Assembly: GCF_022539665.2 (NCBI RefSeq)
Contig: NC_081331.1
Span: 8,060,001 to 8,124,000 of the forward strand
Direction of reading: 5' to 3'
Length of the DNA stretch: 64,000 nucleotides
Origin: Daphnia carinata
Lineage: Eukaryota
Shown: one piece after another, positions 35,549 to 46,177 of the stretch
Position numbering within the stretch: the first letter of the stretch is position 1
How the letters are laid out: every line of letters begins with the position of its first letter
Position numbers and translations under genes: made by a program
Notes under the pieces: model-generated
What the model saw: the letters and a program-made list of their open reading frames with translations, nothing else
What the model was told of the DNA's origin: nothing
The model's database searches: none

Positions 35549-37237
35549 TCAAACTTGATGCATGGGGATGGATCCGGAGGATGTTGAACGTTTATGAGGG
35601 CGACGGCATATAACCCAGAAGATCTTGAAGAGACCGCAACAGTAGCAGATGCGTAGGAAGAGTAATACGAGGATGCACATGATGCCGATGAAGAAGTAAT
35701 TTTTTATTGTTTCCCACCAAGATGTGTAAGCTCCGACACTGGAGGCCGTTATGAAAATATTTGTGGCGCTGGGTTTACCGTGCGACGTAAATTCGGATGA
35801 TGGATGTTCGTTGATCACGGCTGCTATGTCGGCCATGATGTTCATGTGGTTAAGCATATTGTCGGTGTATGCCGGGTTACTTTGGTGTTCGTAGTCGAAA
35901 AATTCGACGTTCTCGTAGCGGAAAGAGTGTGCCAGCGTTTGCTCAGGCAATACAATTGTGGCTTCGAGTTGTTCCCACGTATTATTACGGAAGGCATAGG
36001 GTTTGTTATTGAAATTGACAAATCCATTTGTCCAATAACAAGGAGAATATTTTACGAGTTCCCAGCCATCGAGGTTAATCGTATAATTTTGGAATTTTGG
36101 TTGCGGTCCGCACGAAGTCAATACAGTCTCAAATGTGACATTTAAGGCCTGACATTGAATTAATACGACCGTCTTCCCGAATGCTTGTAATTTCGTGCAC
36201 CGGGGTAAGTTTAATTGTGAGGCCGCTAGCCATCCATTATATTGGGCAGTTGTGACGGCCCTTTCATGTTTGGCTTTACGAGCTTCACATTGAAGTAGTT
36301 GAACCTGTCGTGCCAATTCATTCTCGTGGTCGGTGAGTTGATCACGGATGTATTGGATATTGGCCGGAATATTTAAGTTTTCGGCGCCGAGTGGCGCTCG
36401 GGTCTCCACTGGGGTTGCTTTTTCCATTATGGCTGCCGTCGTGACGAAGAGTTTTGATTGGCCGACGATTTCATATGAAGAAGTTCTATTGGAGCAATTT
36501 TGTTGTACTGAAACGCAGCGCAGTACTGGTGTCAGGTGGAAGTCTAATTGGTTTTTGTCATCTTGGAGTCTAAGGAGTGGTTTTTCTCCTGGCAATCGGG
36601 TCAGCATACCGATGCCGTCTTCGACGAGTCTGGTAGTTACTTTGGTCTTCTGTGTGTAGGTTTTGTCCCAAATCAGTGTTAAGTGATTGTGTGACAAATT
36701 GCCGGACGTAGCAGAAGCAATTCCGATGGGTGTTGAGAAGTCTGCATCCTCCTTTTGCTGGAAAAGTTCGACTTTCTCGAGGACGCAGTTTATGATTGAT
36801 GAATCAATTGTTTGTAACCAGTATCCAGAGATATCTGGTTCATTGTCGAACACAAATTTTCCGTCGACAAAAGTCATCCGGTTATCATTGCACCTCTTGT
36901 TGTCAATCATTTCGTTGCAGTCGGCGGGGGTAGTATCAATTGGGATTTTATCCGGCACAACCAGTAGTTGCCCGAAGAAGGTCATTGTGATGTGTCGGAT
37001 ATTTTCCCAACGGGCACAGATGTAACCCGGGAATTTAGTCGCGGCGCGTTCTTCACTATACACGGCGTATTTCACCTTGGTGGCTTTAATATCGGTGGAT
37101 GTCGGTTGACAATTCTCATCGGAGAATTGAAGGATTCCCACCTTCACTGGTTCCGCGCAATTGCATACGGTAGTCTCGAAGGCCTGGGAATGTAATCCGT
37201 ACACGCATAATAGCAGCAGGAATGCAGAGGGGGACAT
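35549..37237 (-). CDS. env: Env-like glycoprotein of element 2, class III fusogen-like
   Basis: Colinear and strongly similar to 16486-18180; signal peptide, conserved cysteines, TM helix, C-terminal SIPMHQV. Confidence 0.88.
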   Translation of the reverse strand: MSPSAFLLLLCVYGLHSQAFETTVCNCAEPVKVGILQFSDENCQPTSTDIKATKVKYAVYSEERAATKFPGYICARWENIRHITMTFFGQLLVVPDKIPIDTTPADCNEMIDNKRCNDNRMTFVDGKFVFDNEPDISGYWLQTIDSSIINCVLEKVELFQQKEDADFSTPIGIASATSGNLSHNHLTLIWDKTYTQKTKVTTRLVEDGIGMLTRLPGEKPLLRLQDDKNQLDFHLTPVLRCVSVQQNCSNRTSSYEIVGQSKLFVTTAAIMEKATPVETRAPLGAENLNIPANIQYIRDQLTDHENELARQVQLLQCEARKAKHERAVTTAQYNGWLAASQLNLPRCTKLQAFGKTVVLIQCQALNVTFETVLTSCGPQPKFQNYTINLDGWELVKYSPCYWTNGFVNFNNKPYAFRNNTWEQLEATIVLPEQTLAHSFRYENVEFFDYEHQSNPAYTDNMLNHMNIMADIAAVINEHPSSEFTSHGKPSATNIFITASSVGAYTSWWETIKNYFFIGIMCILVLLFLRICYCCGLFKIFWVICRRPHKRSTSSGSIPMHQV

Positions 37238-37953
37238 TTCTATATCCGGCCGGTACATACAGACAAAAGAAAATATGTGACTTACAAAAGAAATGTCATC
37301 GTGTGGGCTTCTTAACTAAGTAACACAAAACAAAACAAAAACATACAAGAAGAAGTGAGGAAGTGAAAAATAGCCTACGGCTGTCGCAAGGTCAACGGCT
37401 TTTCCCGTCGGCTTTATTAGTAGGCTACGGAAAAGAGAAAGGAAAAAGGGCACTAGAATAAAGTTTTGTTTTAAGGGGGAAGGACAACTTGTTTTTTATA
37501 TTATTTAGTATCGTTGGAAAGAGAAAAAGATGACCATAATTATCGGAAAGGGAAAGTAAGAAAATACAGGACAGTTGATCAGGGAAGACGAGAAAAGAAA
37601 CGTTTAGAAGTTTGCGACGGGAAAGGATTTTGCCGCGAAGGTCCAAGGTCCAAGAGTAGTATTAGTTCCAGGAAAAGGGAGGCGGCGCTAATACTGTATT
37701 CTTGATGTTGGCTATGGCCAAGCTGTAGTGTACGAACGAAAGGGAAAGTGAACAGTATTGCGTGGCATATTGGAATGAGAGTATAAAAGTTATGGCTACG
37801 ATTTGGACCTATTCGTTGAAAAATAACGAAAGTGACGTGTAGGAGATAGGAAGGGAAATAGGAAACGAAATTTGACATTGCGGTTCAGAAAATCATTTGT
37901 GCGTTATATATGTGTTTTTGACAATATATAAAGGTATTTCTTTACTTTCTTAT

Positions 37954-37989
<36 letters not shown>

Positions 37990-38419
37990 CTTGGTGTTGT
38001 TTTTGTTGGTTAGTATGGTAATGTCTCCACATCTACCGTGTTAGTTTGGCAATAGGAATCTACAAAGGGGAGCTACTTAATTTGTGACTACTAAATTGAT
38101 ATGTTGTGACACTCATTTACGGGTCTTGATGAAGGTATGATCAAGCTAAAAAAAAATTTTCTGAAGCAAAAGATTTTTTGTTATTTATTATTATTTTTTT
38201 CTCTACTCAACAGGCTCTACTTATCAGAATCTATGTGGACTTATACTATGGGCTGTCAAACAAGGGAATGACTACGGGGCGTAAATTGAGAAAGTTAAAG
38301 TGTACGACGTGAAAAACAAGATACATGTTGTAACGGATAATACGTTCATAGAAATTGTTGTTTGTTAGCCACTAAGTGTTTTATTATCATGTTTTGTTTC
38401 TGTTTTTTTTTTTTTCTTT

Positions 38420-38457
<38 letters not shown>

Positions 38458-38683
38458 ACAAACGATTAAGCAACCAATGAGTTTATTTCGATGGATAGCA
38501 GCAAGGAGAGTTAAAGCGAATATTGGTATGTGAAATCAAAATAAAGGTAAATATTAAAGTATGGTAAATGTAAACATTAAAATTGAAGGAGAAATATCAG
38601 GAATAACACATAACGAGGACTGAAAGAGGGTCGAATGAAAAAGCTTCCTCCTTCCTCGATTTCTTCGGTTGTCCTCGTACGAC

Positions 38684-39208
38684 TTAGAAGTATCTCGGCT
38701 TCTTTGCGTTGGGGTCCTTCTGTTGATCGTCCGTGCTGGGTCTCTTCTCGGGCAAGTCCCAGTGGCACGATGTCCAACCATAGAGCGGTGGATGGCGCCT
38801 TTCGGGGTCCAGGTCGAGGATCGCCTTTAGGGTGAAGACGGCGTCACTCCATTTCTTGTCATACAGGGTGATGAGAAGACGGGCGATCAACTGATTTGTC
38901 TTGATTTCCAGCTGCTTCTGCTCCCAGGCTGCATCGAGGTGCCAGTCCGAGGTGCGGGGTCTGCCGCGGCTAAAATCGATGGCATCCTCCATCTCGGACG
39001 TCCCCGGCAGGTTTCGGGCCGCGGTCTCCTCGTCGTCGATTGGTGAGGGATCTGGTGAATCCGGCGCGTCACGTTCGGCCGTCGAGGCGTCTCCGGACGA
39101 CGTCGTGAGGTCTACCAAGAGGGCCTCCGCGACGGGGAGTGGGATGGACACCATAGGTATCCAGTCGTTGGTCACGGGCTCAGAGATGGGTTCAGACTTG
39201 TTGTCCAT
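38684..39208 (-). CDS. Accessory ORF between pol and env (174 aa)
   Basis: GCCAACATGG start context; homologous C-terminal domain to 14661-15083; basic tail KKPRYF. Confidence 0.8.
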   Translation of the reverse strand: MDNKSEPISEPVTNDWIPMVSIPLPVAEALLVDLTTSSGDASTAERDAPDSPDPSPIDDEETAARNLPGTSEMEDAIDFSRGRPRTSDWHLDAAWEQKQLEIKTNQLIARLLITLYDKKWSDAVFTLKAILDLDPERRHPPLYGWTSCHWDLPEKRPSTDDQQKDPNAKKPRYF

Positions 39209-39379
39209 GTTGGCTTCTTAACGCTTCTTTGTACGTGAAGAAATGGCAAAACAGACAGAACAGTTGTCGTCGTTGTTCTCAGAGAGTACAAGAAGTTGTG
39301 TCTTCCTTCACTTAACGTACGGTTTATATAGTAATCACTCGGTATTGGTTCGGCAATCGAACTAGGATGTATGATGACG

Positions 39380-42300
39380 CTACATTTCGTCCCTGTAACG
39401 AATCGGTTTTCTCCGATTTCGCTGAGGGCGTCGGGTGACTTCTTGATGCAATAACGCTGCTGTCACATCATCTTTGGGCTCTACTTGTTGAAGGTCGGAA
39501 TCACTATCAGCGTATATAGGAGTATTTTCGGAAAGTGGCATTGGATGCTGAGCATCATTCGTCACATCGCAATTGTCACTCGAGGTTAATCGTCCTTCGA
39601 ACGACAGATGAGACGGGCCGATCACATTGTCTTCTCGCACAAGTTGATGATTTGCCGAATAAGTGTCTGATACCACTTCTGATACGGCTTCGGACTCGGT
39701 GTTTTGTTGCCTTGCGGTTTCGACATCGTGCTCGTGTTCACGCACATTAGTTTGAGTCGCAATAGACTTCCGGAATCGGCTCTCGAATTCCAAAGGGGTC
39801 TCAAGTGGCGGACAATGCTCATGTTTCCACAGCATTGTTTCATACAAGGGTTTTAATCTATTTACATGCGTACGCTGACATATATATGAATTATCAGCAA
39901 TGTCTACAGTATTATTTGAATAAACGTTTACTATTCTATAAGGCCCTTTATATTTCGAAGTAAATTTCTTGCTATCTCCTTCCTTGACTACTCGAATATC
40001 CAATAACACCCGATCGCCTATCACATATCGTTTTTCTTTCGCGCGCTTGTTATATTGTTCCCTTTGGCGCTTTCTAGCTTTTTCGCTTTCCTCTCTAACT
40101 CTTTGAAAACTATAACGCAAACGTTCTGTCAGATTCCCAACATAGTCAGAAGAAGATTTGAATGTTTTGGGAGATGCATTAAGAAATTCGTTAATAGGAA
40201 TGTTTGGGTCCCTACCGTGAAGTAAATAATATGGAGTGTCCAATGTCGAAGAGTGGACCGAGCTACGATACGCAAATAAAACATCATCTAATATTTCTTC
40301 CCAATTGGCATGCTCGCCGTCTTTTAATTCTTTTCTTAACATAGACGTTAAAGTTCGATTGAACCTTTCCGTCTCCCCATTACTAGCAGGGTTATAAGCG
40401 GTGGTTAACCTCTGATCGATCTTCAATTTTTTACAAAAATAGCGAAATAACTTGGACGTGAAATTTGTCCCACGATCAGAAATAATTGCCTTAGGCATAC
40501 CATGTCTAACAATAACAGTTTTATATACACATTCTGCTGTTGTCTGAGCAGTTTGATCTTTTAAAGCAACAGCCTCAACCCAACGGCTAAAATAATCTGT
40601 AATAACCAAAATGTAACTATTACCATTGGGCGAAACTGGTGTAATAGGACCCAGAAAGTCCATTCCAATTACATCAAAAGGAGCCTTCGCAACTTCGTGC
40701 GGATGCAAAAGTGCTCGATAGGGTGAAGCAGTGTTGGCTATGCAAACTTCACAAACCCGGCAATATTCTTTAACATCGCCTCTCATGTTGGGCCAATAAT
40801 AATTATTTTTGACTTTCATATAAGTCTTATAAAATGCCAAATGTCCACCCATCGGTGCGTCGTGTAATTCTTTAAGCACTAGGTGGCGTAAGGATAATGG
40901 CAAAACTAATTGATGATGGGTGTCGTTCCTTTTATTACTCTGAGATGGCAGTTCCCGTCTATAAAGTATTCCTTCAATTACCTCAAAATATTCAATTTCC
41001 TTTACCCACTCGGGTTTGGACAATGTAAAAATTTCATCCGGCTCTCCTTCTTCCAGATAATTCTTGATGGCTATACAGAGGTCGTCCTCCTGTTGTTTTT
41101 CGCAGATCAATTTAATATCCTTCCCAGTTTGAATGCTAGCTATTTTTAATCTAGACAAACAGTCCGCGTTCTGGTGAACACGGCCTGGCCTATATTTTAA
41201 TTCATAATTTGTTGCAGCCAATAAAATGGCCCACCTCCCTAACCTTCCATTATTATCCTTCTGATTTTTAAGCCACTGCAAAGGACGATGGTCACTAATT
41301 ATCTCAAAGGGTTTATCCAAGAGATAGTGACGGAAATGTTTAATGGCATCCACGACTGCCAGAGCTTCTTTTTCGGTTGTACTATACTTCATTTCCGCCT
41401 TAGTTAACTGCCTACTGGAGTACGCTATCGGGTGCTCTTGGCCGTTTTGCATTTGAGATAAGACGGCCCCAATACCATAGTCGCATGCGTCAGTGAAAAG
41501 AATAAATTTTTCATTAAAATTTGGATATGCGAGAACCGGCGGTGTAACCAGGGATGTCCGCAACTTTACAAACGCGACTTGTTCTTCGTCTCCCCAGGTA
41601 AAAGGTCTTTTACTAAGATCTTTGTGAGTTAACCTAGTCAGAGGTTTTGCGATTGAACCAAAGTTGGGAATAAATCTCCTATAATAACCTGCTAAGCCGA
41701 GAAATGACCTCACCTCATCGGCAGAAGTAGGCGTTTTGTAATTTAATATTTTGTCGATTTTTCCAGGATCAGGTTTAATTCCCTCAGTCGAAATGACGTG
41801 GCCCAAATAATTTACAGAACGTTTAACGAATTGACATTTCTTAAGTTTTAATTTTAAATTGGCAGTTTTCAATAAGGTAAAAATTTCCCGAATATCTTTC
41901 AAATGCTTATCAAAAGTATCCGAAAATATAATGACGTCATCCAAATAAACTAACGCTTTATGTCCCAAAACGTCTTTCAGTACATAATTCATTAATCTTT
42001 GAAATGTGGCGGGTGCATTGCACAAGCCAAACGCCATCCTTTTAAACTCGTAAAGATTGTTTTCTACTACAAAAGCCGTTTTTTCAATGTCTGGTTCATT
42101 CACTTGAATTTGCCAGTAGCCGGAGGCCAAATCGAGGGTCGTAAAAAATTTCTTCCCATATAATTTATCTAACGTTTCATCAATCCTTGGCATAGGGAAT
42201 GAATCTTTTTTTGTAATGCTATTTAATTTCCGATAATCAACGCAAAACCTCACGTCTCCGCCTTTCTTCTCAACCAAAACCACAGGTGACGCCCATGGAG

Positions 42301-43357
42301 AATGAGAATATTGTATTACATTTGCGTCCATCATTTCCTGCACTTTATCCTCCAGTATCTTTCTTTGGTGGTTCGTAACTCGATAGGGTCGTTGCCGGAT
42401 AGGGCCTCTTCCTTGGGTATCGATCGTATGCTTAATGAGATTAGTGCTCCCTAATTCCGAGTCTTTTGTTGCGAACAAGTCATGAAAGTCATTTAATAAA
42501 CTTGAGAGCGGAGCTTGAAATTCAGCGTCGACTTCCGAAATTAAAACTAGCTCCCGTTTTTGTGTAGGCTTTTCCTCTGGTTGACATAAGGCAATCTTAC
42601 CAATTACGTTATGAATTACTTCGATTTGGCCTAAGGTTGTATTCCTAGGAAGTATGACTTGACTTAACGAATGGTTTTCGACCATAATTTGATATTTCCC
42701 ATCTTCCGATACAGTTCCAACAAATTCTTCAATAAAAATACCGGCCGGCAAATCCTCTGCTGGGGTAAAAATAAATGTGCTATTAGGGGGGACATACGGA
42801 AATGAACCTGTCATTTGCGCTGCGATTACGAGCGCCGTCTGACGAACTAGCGTCGTCTTTTTGACCGTCGTAATTGCCATGTCTGGTGCCCTAGAGATGG
42901 CTGATCCCTGCTCATCCCTGGCTAAGTAAATACGTTTGGCTTCTCCGTCAAGCCGAAACCCGTGTTTCTGGATTGCATCCCATCCAAGGATACAGTCTTC
43001 AGAAACACCATTTGTAACAATGAACTCTTGCCGTAAAACGGACTCTCCGTAACGTACGGGCAATGTAACTTTACCCAGCGTATGCAACTTGTTATCTCCC
43101 ACATCGTATAAATCGAAATCAAGCTGACTGCAGGTTACTTGATTTCTCGAGGGAAGCTTTTGAAATATCCTCTCGTGAATTATGCTTCTAGACGCGCCTG
43201 TGTCAAATAATGCCTGTAAAGGGATCTGAAAAATTTGTAATGGAATTCTGGGGGTCGATTCGTTTATTATTGTTGTTAATTTCGCAACTTGTCGGGATTT
43301 CAACTGAGGTACCCTATCAACTGACCCGAAGTTACAGTTGATACTTATTGGTTTCCC
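39380..43357 (-). CDS. pol: pol of element 2 (PR-RT-RH-IN), reached by -1 frameshift
   Basis: Open frame of more than 1300 aa with LFDTGA, YLDD, RNase H, HHCC, DDE and GPY motifs; no ATG before the protease. Confidence 0.97.
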   Translation of the reverse strand, partial: GKPISINCNFGSVDRVPQLKSRQVAKLTTIINESTPRIPLQIFQIPLQALFDTGASRSIIHERIFQKLPSRNQVTCSQLDFDLYDVGDNKLHTLGKVTLPVRYGESVLRQEFIVTNGVSEDCILGWDAIQKHGFRLDGEAKRIYLARDEQGSAISRAPDMAITTVKKTTLVRQTALVIAAQMTGSFPYVPPNSTFIFTPAEDLPAGIFIEEFVGTVSEDGKYQIMVENHSLSQVILPRNTTLGQIEVIHNVIGKIALCQPEEKPTQKRELVLISEVDAEFQAPLSSLLNDFHDLFATKDSELGSTNLIKHTIDTQGRGPIRQRPYRVTNHQRKILEDKVQEMMDANVIQYSHSPWASPVVLVEKKGGDVRFCVDYRKLNSITKKDSFPMPRIDETLDKLYGKKFFTTLDLASGYWQIQVNEPDIEKTAFVVENNLYEFKRMAFGLCNAPATFQRLMNYVLKDVLGHKALVYLDDVIIFSDTFDKHLKDIREIFTLLKTANLKLKLKKCQFVKRSVNYLGHVISTEGIKPDPGKIDKILNYKTPTSADEVRSFLGLAGYYRRFIPNFGSIAKPLTRLTHKDLSKRPFTWGDEEQVAFVKLRTSLVTPPVLAYPNFNEKFILFTDACDYGIGAVLSQMQNGQEHPIAYSSRQLTKAEMKYSTTEKEALAVVDAIKHFRHYLLDKPFEIISDHRPLQWLKNQKDNNGRLGRWAILLAATNYELKYRPGRVHQNADCLSRLKIASIQTGKDIKLICEKQQEDDLCIAIKNYLEEGEPDEIFTLSKPEWVKEIEYFEVIEGILYRRELPSQSNKRNDTHHQLVLPLSLRHLVLKELHDAPMGGHLAFYKTYMKVKNNYYWPNMRGDVKEYCRVCEVCIANTASPYRALLHPHEVAKAPFDVIGMDFLGPITPVSPNGNSYILVITDYFSRWVEAVALKDQTAQTTAECVYKTVIVRHGMPKAIISDRGTNFTSKLFRYFCKKLKIDQRLTTAYNPASNGETERFNRTLTSMLRKELKDGEHANWEEILDDVLFAYRSSVHSSTLDTPYYLLHGRDPNIPINEFLNASPKTFKSSSDYVGNLTERLRYSFQRVREESEKARKRQREQYNKRAKEKRYVIGDRVLLDIRVVKEGDSKKFTSKYKGPYRIVNVYSNNTVDIADNSYICQRTHVNRLKPLYETMLWKHEHCPPLETPLEFESRFRKSIATQTNVREHEHDVETARQQNTESEAVSEVVSDTYSANHQLVREDNVIGPSHLSFEGRLTSSDNCDVTNDAQHPMPLSENTPIYADSDSDLQQVEPKDDVTAALLHQEVTRRPQRNRRKPIRYRDEM

Positions 43358-46143
43358 TGATGCTGAGGGGGACCCGGAATATTAGGCCTACTGGCCCTAT
43401 ACTTGGGACAATTGTTTGATTTATGGCCGATCTCACGGCAAGAATAGCAAATTGGGGGCTGTGCTTGTTCCAACATATACCGTTGAAATTTACGGCACTC
43501 CGATTGTGTGTGACCCCGAAACCCACAATAGTTGCAAGTTATTACATTCTCAATAGGCCCATTGTTCGGATTATGACCAGATTTTGGCGAAGATGGCATA
43601 TAATTTGTAGGCCTATTTTGGTTCTTATCCCCTTGATACGGGTGGGTGTTACTCTTAGGGAAAGGTGGAGGGTTTGTCTTCCAGTTCCTTTCCCGATTAC
43701 CGTTGCCTGTTTGAAATGATACCCTTTTTTTATATGGGGCACCCGCCGAAGAAGAAACATTATCCTTCTTATTAATTTGGAGTTGTTTGACCGCCTGACT
43801 GAGCTCGCGCAGCGCGTCTTTAATTTCATCCTTCTCCGATTTCGGAGTGTCTACGATCTTGTTCCCTTGACGTATATTCGCGACGGCCTGATTGACTATT
43901 GCTTTCTGATCGATTAACATCTGCTTAATCTCATGCAATTCTGTATTTTCTGCACCTTTCGACTCGTCGATCGCCCTAACAAACTCATGTTTTTCACGGT
44001 CAGATTCGAGTGCTTCCAAGCGAACAGCATAAACGCGTGTCGTTGCAACCAGTGCGTTAAAGTCGCCAAATTCTTTGTACTTAACTTTCGCCTGTAACTT
44101 GGAATCCAAGCCTTCGATAAATTTCTGCATGAGAATAATTGAAAAGGAACGCTCGATATGGCCTACAGGATACGCTTTTTTAAAGATTTCCTGAAGACGA
44201 TGAGCATAATCAATTATTTTTTCTCCCGGTTTCCGTTTAGCCTTATTAAATTTCTTAATATACAAGTCAACGTTTTCGTCCCCGTGAAAGTGATCAAGTA
44301 AAGCTTCTTTAATAGACGTATAGTCATGAGGATGATCTTTGACAATATTTTGCACTACGGAAAAAGCCTTATCAGTCATTTTTGCTCGCAACATCTGAAT
44401 AACCTTCTCCTCTGACCATCCTGACCCCTCAATTACGCTTTCAAAGGATTCGATCCAGGAATCAAAACGAGAAATTGGACTCCCTGAAAAAGAAGGAAGC
44501 AGTTGTAAGCGCGCGAAGGTATGTTGGGTAGTCTGAAGATCGTTCAAGTCGTTGACCGTGGCTGTCCGTGATGGGGATGAAGAACTAGCCATGTTTGGAT
44601 TAAATGAAGGGAAATTTATTGTTCTTCGTTGTGGATTCGGAGGGAGTTCTGGAATGCCACTCGAAATTGCCTGATGCCCTCTGGTATCTCTTCCGGTCGT
44701 CTGGAGGGTTGGATGTGAGGAACGATTCGATTGATTGATCGTCTGCAACGTTGGCGTCTGCTGTGTGTCCGCCGTTCTTGCGAGGTTGTTTCCGACAGCG
44801 GCGATGTGTGTTGGGCCGGTGTGGCTTGTAGTTGGGTAATGTTCGTTTGTATGCACAACAGCGCTTGTTTCAATCGTATTTCCGTTTGCGTGATTAGTGG
44901 TTTGATGTTGTTGGCCTCCTGTGCGTTGACTGGGTTGTTGGCTTCCGGAAAATTGTTCAGTTTGTCCAAGAGAAGTTGAATTTCTGGTTGCAGCACCTCC
45001 AAATTGTTGATTAAGTTTAGTTTTTCCAGGTACGACGCTAGGTTGTTCACTTCCTTCAAGAATGCTCGTTGTGATGCCAGTAAGATTTCTTCCAGATGGA
45101 TTGATATGTCGCTCACTACGGTGATTATCTCCACGTATCTGCCGTCCTCGTCGGTGGTTTCGATATCTTTTCTCGGAACGAACCCGAAAATTCTTCCCGC
45201 TCTCGTTGGTGTGATCTTTTGCAGATCGATGAGATTGTAGATTTGACCGTGTAGACAAGTCAAAACCTGTCTCGCGTGCCGGGTGAAAATCCCCTTGAGC
45301 TCCGTCACAACCTCCCCTGTCTGCTTCTTCGTCTTCTTCGGTATCGGTCCACTGACTTTCACTTCCAGAATGGATGTCAGGTACGTCAGGAGAATCCTCG
45401 GTTGTTTCCAATTCGTCTGCGTCGGCTGTTCCACGTGGTAATTCCTCTGGACGTCGAGCATCAACTGGACAAGGTGATCCCAGATTTTCGGGTCGCTTGA
45501 CTGAAAATCCTTCTCCCTCTCCTTGAGGCTTTGGAGGGTTAGTAATAGGAACGGCAGCTGGCTTTTCGGTGACTGAAAGATGCTGTTTCCGTTCTTTTTG
45601 ACTTCTTGCAAAAGATGCTTGAGACTCACGTTGAGCTGTTCTTCCATTGGCTGCTCTCTTTTCCGAAAAGAAATTCGAAACGGCAATCGAGAAAGATTTG
45701 GTGGGAGAAGTTTGCTGGGAAACGGACCTTCGTTTTGGCGAAAGATGTCCTACAATTCTGTCTAAAAGGGAGGGTGACTTCGTAAAAGTCGAGGTTTTCT
45801 CTGTGCGCTGGACCTGAGGTTTGCGAGCGTTCGGTATGTCTAGACCAGGTACCGACTCGTATGCGGAATTTGATCTTAACTTCCTCTTCTGAGAGCTATC
45901 AGGAATCGCCCTTGGTTTTAAAACAGGGGAAGCGGACTTTTTAATAGCGTTTGTTTTCCTATTGGAAGTCTTACACCCCGTAAACTTATCAGCAACGGCA
46001 GACTTAGCAGTGGGTAATGCTTCAAAATTGATAGCTCTCGCTACGGATTCGTCAATAGGTGTAGTGGCCTCAACAGAAATGTTAGTAGCGGCAACAGGCG
46101 TTCGAGAAAGTTTAGGCCTACTGTGGAAAATATTATCAGTCAT
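43345..46143 (-). CDS. gag: gag of element 2 (932 aa)
   Basis: ATG just after the PBS; ~515-aa low-complexity extension, capsid-like region (LPSFSGS..FDSW..Q/RKPGEKIIDY), two CCHC knuckles. Confidence 0.92.
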   Translation of the reverse strand: MTDNIFHSRPKLSRTPVAATNISVEATTPIDESVARAINFEALPTAKSAVADKFTGCKTSNRKTNAIKKSASPVLKPRAIPDSSQKRKLRSNSAYESVPGLDIPNARKPQVQRTEKTSTFTKSPSLLDRIVGHLSPKRRSVSQQTSPTKSFSIAVSNFFSEKRAANGRTAQRESQASFARSQKERKQHLSVTEKPAAVPITNPPKPQGEGEGFSVKRPENLGSPCPVDARRPEELPRGTADADELETTEDSPDVPDIHSGSESQWTDTEEDEEADRGGCDGAQGDFHPARETGFDLSTRSNLQSHRSAKDHTNESGKNFRVRSEKRYRNHRRGRQIRGDNHRSERHINPSGRNLTGITTSILEGSEQPSVVPGKTKLNQQFGGAATRNSTSLGQTEQFSGSQQPSQRTGGQQHQTTNHANGNTIETSAVVHTNEHYPTTSHTGPTHIAAVGNNLARTADTQQTPTLQTINQSNRSSHPTLQTTGRDTRGHQAISSGIPELPPNPQRRTINFPSFNPNMASSSSPSRTATVNDLNDLQTTQHTFARLQLLPSFSGSPISRFDSWIESFESVIEGSGWSEEKVIQMLRAKMTDKAFSVVQNIVKDHPHDYTSIKEALLDHFHGDENVDLYIKKFNKAKRKPGEKIIDYAHRLQEIFKKAYPVGHIERSFSIILMQKFIEGLDSKLQAKVKYKEFGDFNALVATTRVYAVRLEALESDREKHEFVRAIDESKGAENTELHEIKQMLIDQKAIVNQAVANIRQGNKIVDTPKSEKDEIKDALRELSQAVKQLQINKKDNVSSSAGAPYKKRVSFQTGNGNRERNWKTNPPPFPKSNTHPYQGDKNQNRPTNYMPSSPKSGHNPNNGPIENVITCNYCGFRGHTQSECRKFQRYMLEQAQPPICYSCREIGHKSNNCPKYRASRPNIPGPPQHQGNQ
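44616..45647 (-). CDS. Overprinted ORF nested in gag of element 2
   Basis: MEEQLNVSLKHLLQEV... entirely within gag in another frame; homolog of 8557-9657. Confidence 0.75.
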   Translation of the reverse strand: MEEQLNVSLKHLLQEVKKNGNSIFQSPKSQLPFLLLTLQSLKEREKDFQSSDPKIWDHLVQLMLDVQRNYHVEQPTQTNWKQPRILLTYLTSILEVKVSGPIPKKTKKQTGEVVTELKGIFTRHARQVLTCLHGQIYNLIDLQKITPTRAGRIFGFVPRKDIETTDEDGRYVEIITVVSDISIHLEEILLASQRAFLKEVNNLASYLEKLNLINNLEVLQPEIQLLLDKLNNFPEANNPVNAQEANNIKPLITQTEIRLKQALLCIQTNITQLQATPAQHTSPLSETTSQERRTHSRRQRCRRSINRIVPHIQPSRRPEEIPEGIRQFRVAFQNSLRIHNEEQ

Positions 46144-46177
46144 TGTGGGTGAGTCCGAGAAATCGCTGCCACCATTA

